Source: Pseudovirgaria hyperparasitica | Taxonomy: Eukaryota | Length of the DNA: 31,327 nucleotides | NCBI GenBank assembly: GCA_010093815.1 | Contig: ML996569.1 | Direction: 5' to 3' (one strand) | In this document: piece by piece, positions 26,737 to 31,327 of the stretch | How positions within the stretch are numbered: the first letter of the stretch is position 1 | How the letters are laid out: each line of letters begins with the position of its first letter | Made by a program: the position numbers and the translations under genes | The notes under the pieces: model-generated | What the model was told of the DNA's origin: nothing | What the model saw: only the letters and a program-made list of their open reading frames with translations | Databases searched by the model: none

Positions 26737-26785
26737 GTAAGTATTTACACTACCTACTAGTAACGTAATTCACTAATATATATAG
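26737..26785 (+). other. 49-bp spliceosomal intron in the SNF2 gene
   Basis: GTAAGT donor, CTAAT branch-like site at 26773, TAG acceptor; splicing joins the helicase-C motifs in frame. Confidence 0.75.
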
Positions 26786-27387
26786 GTACTACGTCCATAT
26801 ATATAAGTAAAAATATTAGTATATTTACTAGCCGGCCTAAGTACGTCCGAATTAAATAAGGCATATAGATTATTTAGATTAACCAAGTCAGATTCTCTAT
26901 ATATTCTACTAGTATTAGCTTCGTAGGTCTGCGAAGGATAAGACCTAATAGTCGCCGGTTTTATAGTATTAGTAGACTAATACTTACGTAAGGAGACGTG
27001 GCCGTAGGTAAGTATAAGATATTATCGCTATAGATAATATCGGCCTATAGTATATACGTATACTTTAATTTTAGACTATTTAGAGGTTAAGGCTAGACTC
27101 GCCGCGTTAGATAAGATAATCGAAAGCACGAGGATATAAGCCTTGGACCTAGGAAAAGGAGATATAGCTATGGTAGAGATAGCTATACCTAATATACTAG
27201 TAATAGGTGTACGCTTTAATTCTATAGAGATATAGTAGTATAGAAGTAAGTAAGGTAGTTAGTCAATTAGCTTCTAAGAGACTAGATAGCATGGTAGTAT
27301 AAATATAAACCGCTGTTTACTCGTGATTATATATCTATATATATCTATACGTGAAGAGAAATAAGATATTTATTCTATACTATTATA

Positions 27388-27698
27388 TAGTAGGACGTTA
27401 CTATATATGCCGGCATATAACGGAATATTCCGATATACGCCGGTATATTATAGGATATTCCTAGATACTTAAAGTATAGTCGTAGTATAAAGTAGTATTA
27501 CTATTATATGCCGGCATATAGTAGGACGTTACTATATATGCCGGTATATAACGGGATCATGTTCTAATATACTATACGCCGCCGGTATATTATAGAATAT
27601 TCCTAGATACTTAAAGTATAGTCGTAATATAAAGTAGTATCGCTATACTATACTAGTATTTAGTAGGACGTTACTATATATACCGGTATATAACGGGA
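27388..27698. repeat. Subterminal ~131-142-bp tandem repeat, 2.3 copies
   Basis: TAGTAGGACGTTACTATATAT(G/A)CCGG(C/T)ATATAACGG at 27388, 27519 and 27661. Confidence 0.85.
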
Positions 27699-27739
27699 TT
27701 AAACGTTTTCTTAACGTTCGATAGAACGATTCTAAAAGA

Positions 27740-27914
27740 ACCGGGACGGCTCTAGGAGAACTAGAATAACTCCGGGAGGACTAGGACGACTCTAGGAGGA
27801 TTAGAATAACTCTAGAAGTACCGGGACGACTCTGGGAGGATTGGGATAACTCTAGAAGTACCGGGACCCATTTAGGATAACTTTAGAAGTACCGGGAGAC
27901 CTAGAAGCATTGGG
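27740..27914. repeat. Terminal 20-bp-period repeat array ending in GGG, the putative right end of the DNA element
   Basis: Six regular 20-bp units like ACCGGGACGACTCTGGGAGG / ATTGGGATAACTCTAGAAGT, then shorter units. Gypsy protease sequence begins immediately after. Confidence 0.8.
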
Positions 27915-28219
27915 AGCGCCGTATCTTTCCTAATGTAGATACTATATTTAATAGTATAGGTGCCGTGTAACTTAATAGGACCGTCGATACTATAGAATAT
28001 AGTATCTATTAGAGCTAGGATATCGGTATTAAGTTCTCGTGCTCGTTAGGTCGATATAACATTAGTAGCTAACCTACTATTAAGTATTATAGTCTAATAT
28101 TATCCACGAGGGACCTCGATAGGTCTAGCCTATAGTTTAATATACTATTTAGCGGATTACCCCTCTATTATAGTCGCGCCTATAAGTCACGAGGGTTTCT
28201 TATAGGCTATTAGTTTTTT
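27915..28219 (-). pseudogene. pol: Gypsy family B pol N-terminus (aspartic protease), truncated
   Basis: ILNSRLATNVIS (~28087-28052) restores to ILDSGSATNV.S, in the -1 frame relative to gag. Confidence 0.7.
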
Positions 28220-29592
28220 ATATTCTATACTAGATAGTTAGGCGCGATATATCCTAGCTACTAGCACTTATAGTATATAACTAGTTAGTTAGTTATATTA
28301 GTACCCGGTAGCTTCCCTAAACGGTACTTAGGTACTATATAGTCTATTCTACTATAGGTATAGTAAGTAACTTTAGGTCGTTTATACGAGTCGGTCCTTA
28401 TATCTTAATATATCGATTAGTAGGGAGATCCACGATATAATCCGCGTGGTTTTAAATTTAAGGCGTGGTAGTAGCCTCGTAACGTCCCGCGAGATCTATT
28501 ACTAAATCGGTTTTAGTTAGACGATTTTACGTTAGATTAGATCGTTAGGGATAGTCATGCACTAGCACGGCGTTAATTATTTATTATACGCTAGTATCGC
28601 TCCGCGAGATTTATAAGAGCTTAGAGGTCTATAGAGATTATCGTTATAAGGTTAAGATAGTCCTTTATATTTAGGGTAAGGGACCGTTTAAAGTCGTTAT
28701 ACTATTAAATTATATAATCTTCTTCGGCTTCTCTCTAGAGAGGCTAAAGGTATTTAAGGAGTTATAATAGTAACTAATTATCTTATTATCGAGTCTCGAA
28801 GATATAGCCCTAGGCCTAGTCGCGTTATTTAGCCCTATCGCTAAAATATTAGAGGAGAAATTCGGTGAACGTGTCCTAGTTATAGATATCCTTAGAATAT
28901 TCGATTCGGTATACTATCTAACGTTCTAAAGGCGTCGGGTCGAGGTAGTTCTAGGCGAATCTAATTTTATTACTATCGTTCGTGAATAGATAGAAGAATC
29001 GGCTATATTAGTAAGTCTATACGTAGAAACTCTTTCTACTTTTACTATTAAAGTAAGGTGGTTTCTTAGGTCGGGGTAATTAGGATAGTAGTAGACTAGA
29101 ATAGATCGTTTTAGTTAGTATAGATCTATATAAATATAGATTAGTCGTTACTAGAACTAAAGCGTATAATATAGCTTTAAGTCTTATAGTACGTCCTCGA
29201 GCTTCGTCGAGTTTATATAGTTATTACTTAAGTTAAATCTATTATTACCTCTCTTTATATAGTCTAGTATATATATCGTTATAAGGTGTGGTTAATATTA
29301 GGCGATTCTAACGGATTAACTCGTTAACGTTAATAAGGTCTAGCCTCGTGTTAAGGTTAGGTCTAGTATAGTTTAAACTAGACTAAGATAGAGTATAATA
29401 GACTCCATTCTCGTATTCTATAATATCTTCTATAGTTATACGGAATATCGTGCGAGTTATCGGTGTAATAGCCTATAAGGTATAGTTATTAGTAGGGGTA
29501 GTTATAGATAGACTATTCTCCTCGTTTAGGTTAGGAGAAGGTCTACTATAAGAGGCGGTGCGACGGGTATTATAACGAGTAGTTAGAGCTAT
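28210..29592 (-). pseudogene. gag: Gypsy family B gag, two CCHC knuckles
   Basis: 461-codon frame: PKKPPYFNSKSRKSFYV*...KIRFA*NYL...*DTFTEFL, knuckles YYTYSRIDYIVPKY and YYKC**LGYIAPNY, ends AAA AAC TAA. Confidence 0.85.
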
Positions 29593-29811
29593 TTCTATAA
29601 ACTACCGTCGTGCTATATAAAGAGGAATTAAAATATAAGGATTATAGACGTAGGATAGTAGTCTAATAGATTATAGAAGGATTCGGGAATATATTTAAAA
29701 GGGTAGTCTACTCTCTTAATAAGGTTAATTTCTAAAGAGTAGGAATTAAGTATATGCGGTCTACTTATATAGTGGTCTCGCTTATTCTAGCTAGCTTACC
29801 CTAGGTCCACC

Positions 29812-30076
29812 TGTCACGGACCGTACTAGACCATAGTATTCTAGTTAAGTCTATCCTAGTGTTAGCCCTAACATAACTAGAGTCTTTCTACTATTATAAT
29901 CTATTATACTAAACCTTTTTAGAATATATTAAGAGTAAGCCTTTTAAGAAAGCTTAATTTAGTCTTCTTAAGATTAATTAATCTTAATATCTAATATTAA
30001 GCGTACTTCTCTAAGATCTTTATATTTTATATATTCTATAATCTATTACTTAAAGTATTAAATATAAGGTTTCTCC
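29812..30076 (-). repeat. Probable 5' LTR of family B (partial, interrupted)
   Basis: TGTCACGG terminus ~220 bp upstream of gag; no second copy in the window to confirm. Confidence 0.45.
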
Positions 30077-31154
30077 TATTAGGACTTAGCCTTAGATAGA
30101 ACCCGACCTATACGTACCTTAGCTAACAGGGTTAGAAGGTAACGTAAAGGGCGGTAAATAGTCACGTGCTAGATAGATCGGCGTCCCTTTATATATATAC
30201 TCTCGGATTTCTACCGAAAGGGTTCGGTAGTAATTCGTTCTATAATAGAATATACCCTATTATTCTATCTAACTATACTACTATCTAATAACCCTATTCT
30301 TATATTCGAATTACTCCCTATATAGTACTATAGTTAAGATAGTCTAACTAGAACTAAGAAGGTTAACACGATCTACTATAGGGATAAGTAATACTATATT
30401 AAATAATAGAGATCCTCTATAATTAGTATTAATCCTAGCCGTTTCTAATCGAGAAGTAGAAATATTAGACTAAATCACGGAGCTTTTAGATAAAGAAATA
30501 GTAGATACGCTAAGTAACTTCTAATAATATAAAGCCGGATAATAAGTCATGGCGGAGCTACGCGAGGTATTATAATAAACTATTACTAAACTTTAAAAAT
30601 ATATCGCGAATTAGGCTCGAGAGATTTAAACCCTTAAAGAATAGATAGAACGCGCGAAACTCCTCGTAAAGAGACGAGAACTTAAGGAGTCTCTTAAAGA
30701 ACTACGCCGAACGATAGTAGATAGATAACTTTCTATACTAATTTAGGCGGAATTAGTTTACCTACCATTAGAGTTATAATAATCTACTATATACCTAGCC
30801 GCTTCGTTACCGATTTACTCTACTCCTTCCCTAGATATACTAAAATCTAAAGACCCGACTATATTTATAGAGAAGAACTAAAAGGAGTAGAAAGACTAGA
30901 AGAGAGACTACGAAAAGTACTTCCTTAATAACCCTCTACTCTTTTCTACTAAAGTATAATATATTTCGTTTGGAGAACGATACCTAGACTTATAATCCCG
31001 CGATTAATAGGATAGATAGAAGGAAGTATAGCTACTATCTACGATAACCTAGGAATATTTAGCTATATTTATACTAAATACCCTCGGAACGGATAGAGAA
31101 CGTAAAAGAAAGGTACTATCTAAGTTAAGAAGCGTAGTATAACGACCGAACTAG
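30077..31154 (+). mobile_element. Second copy of Gypsy family A: 5' LTR (30077-30304) and 5' part of gag
   Basis: Colinear reverse complement of 9324 down to ~8247, differing by transitions where compared; match stops after AACGACCGAACTAG at 31154. Confidence 0.95.
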
Positions 31155-31327
31155 TGTGGAAGGCCGCTCCTACAGCCCTACATGTATGTATCCCTGGCTC
31201 GATTATATGGCTTCATTGTATATTTAAGGAGGGCGTTTTCCTTGGTCATTCTACTCGGCGCGCTTCCCCCATTACTAATATTCGACTATTCGACCTTTCC
31301 TTACGTTCATAGGCCTCTATAGGTATT
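31155..31327. mobile_element. Edge of a further nested insertion, probably an LTR, with lighter RIP
   Basis: Abrupt loss of family A gag homology; starts TGTGG; retains many CA/TG dinucleotides. Confidence 0.6.

Larger units (their letters stand above)
23250..27240 (+). pseudogene. SNF2-family (SF2) ATPase/helicase with acidic N-terminal tandem repeats
   Basis: ILVDSLGLGKII (25018-25053, motif I), ILIVDEFYSAKN (DEFH, 25759-25770), VSVTPLSNS (motif III), SKVN*IRNFI, CEG*DLIVAGFIVLVD (motif V), *VSIRYYRYR*YRPIVYTY (motif VI). The intron at 26737-26785 accounts for the frame change. Start unknown. Confidence 0.85.
1..27914 (+). mobile_element. Candidate giant Plavaka/CMC-like DNA transposon (left end outside window) carrying SF1 and SNF2 helicase genes; RIP-inactivated
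   Basis: Contiguous, uniformly RIP-mutated block containing a Plavaka transposase and other genes. The right side ends in tandem subterminal repeats (27388-27914) and ...AGCATTGGG, directly abutting a truncated Gypsy protease. That the block is a single unit is inferred. Confidence 0.6.
27915..30076 (-). mobile_element. 5' portion of a second Ty3/Gypsy family (B): partial LTR, gag, start of pol
   Basis: LTR-like end ...CCGTGACA on the minus strand at 29812; gag with two CCHC knuckles; A_AAA_AAC slippery site; protease motif in the -1 frame. Cut at 27914 and at 30077. Confidence 0.85.

Noticed and set aside
27388..27914. CRISPR array
   Set aside because: Units are contiguous and degenerate with no unique spacers, there are no cas genes, and the context is eukaryotic.
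1..27914. Starship element
   Set aside because: No DUF3435 tyrosine-recombinase captain is visible and the right end looks like a subterminal-repeat DDE end. It cannot be fully excluded because the left end is outside the window.
27915..29592. LINE (Tad1-like) ORF1
   Set aside because: A slippery heptamer followed by an aspartic protease motif in the -1 frame indicates Gypsy, with no endonuclease domain.
1..31327. Alternative genetic code with TAA/TAG read as Gln
   Set aside because: Stops also replace Trp, and catalytic residues show other transition changes (Cys/His to Tyr, Gly to Arg/Ser, Asp to Asn). This is RIP, not recoding.

Overview
Fungal (most likely filamentous ascomycete) transposon-rich DNA, heavily mutated by repeat-induced point mutation (RIP). 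TpA is in strong excess, CpA/TpG are scarce, and nearly all in-frame stops are TAA/TAG at Gln/Trp positions, so the supplied ORF track misses the real genes. Reading through those stops gives a nested structure. (1) A large block from before position 1 to about 27914 (>20 kb without the insertion) carries a Plavaka-type transposase, an Upf1/DNA2-NAM7-like SF1 helicase with three CCHC knuckles, a SNF2-family ATPase and several unknown ORFs. It ends in subterminal repeat arrays and a GGG-3' (5'-CCC) end that cuts through the protease of a Gypsy element. I interpret it as a candidate giant helicase-carrying Plavaka/CMC-like DNA transposon; its left end is outside the window. (2) A complete 7.35-kb chromodomain Ty3/Gypsy element (1975-9324, minus strand, AGTAA target-site duplication) splits the transposase. 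It has a Tf1-like self-priming signature and an apparent antisense, intron-containing extra gene. (3) The 5' part of a second Gypsy family (27915-30076, minus) hosts the DNA element. (4) A second copy of the first Gypsy family (30077-31154, plus) is itself interrupted by a less-mutated TG-starting insertion at 31155. No intact host gene, RNA gene or CRISPR was found. Protein identities come from hand-read motifs with inferred RIP reversion, not from database searches.
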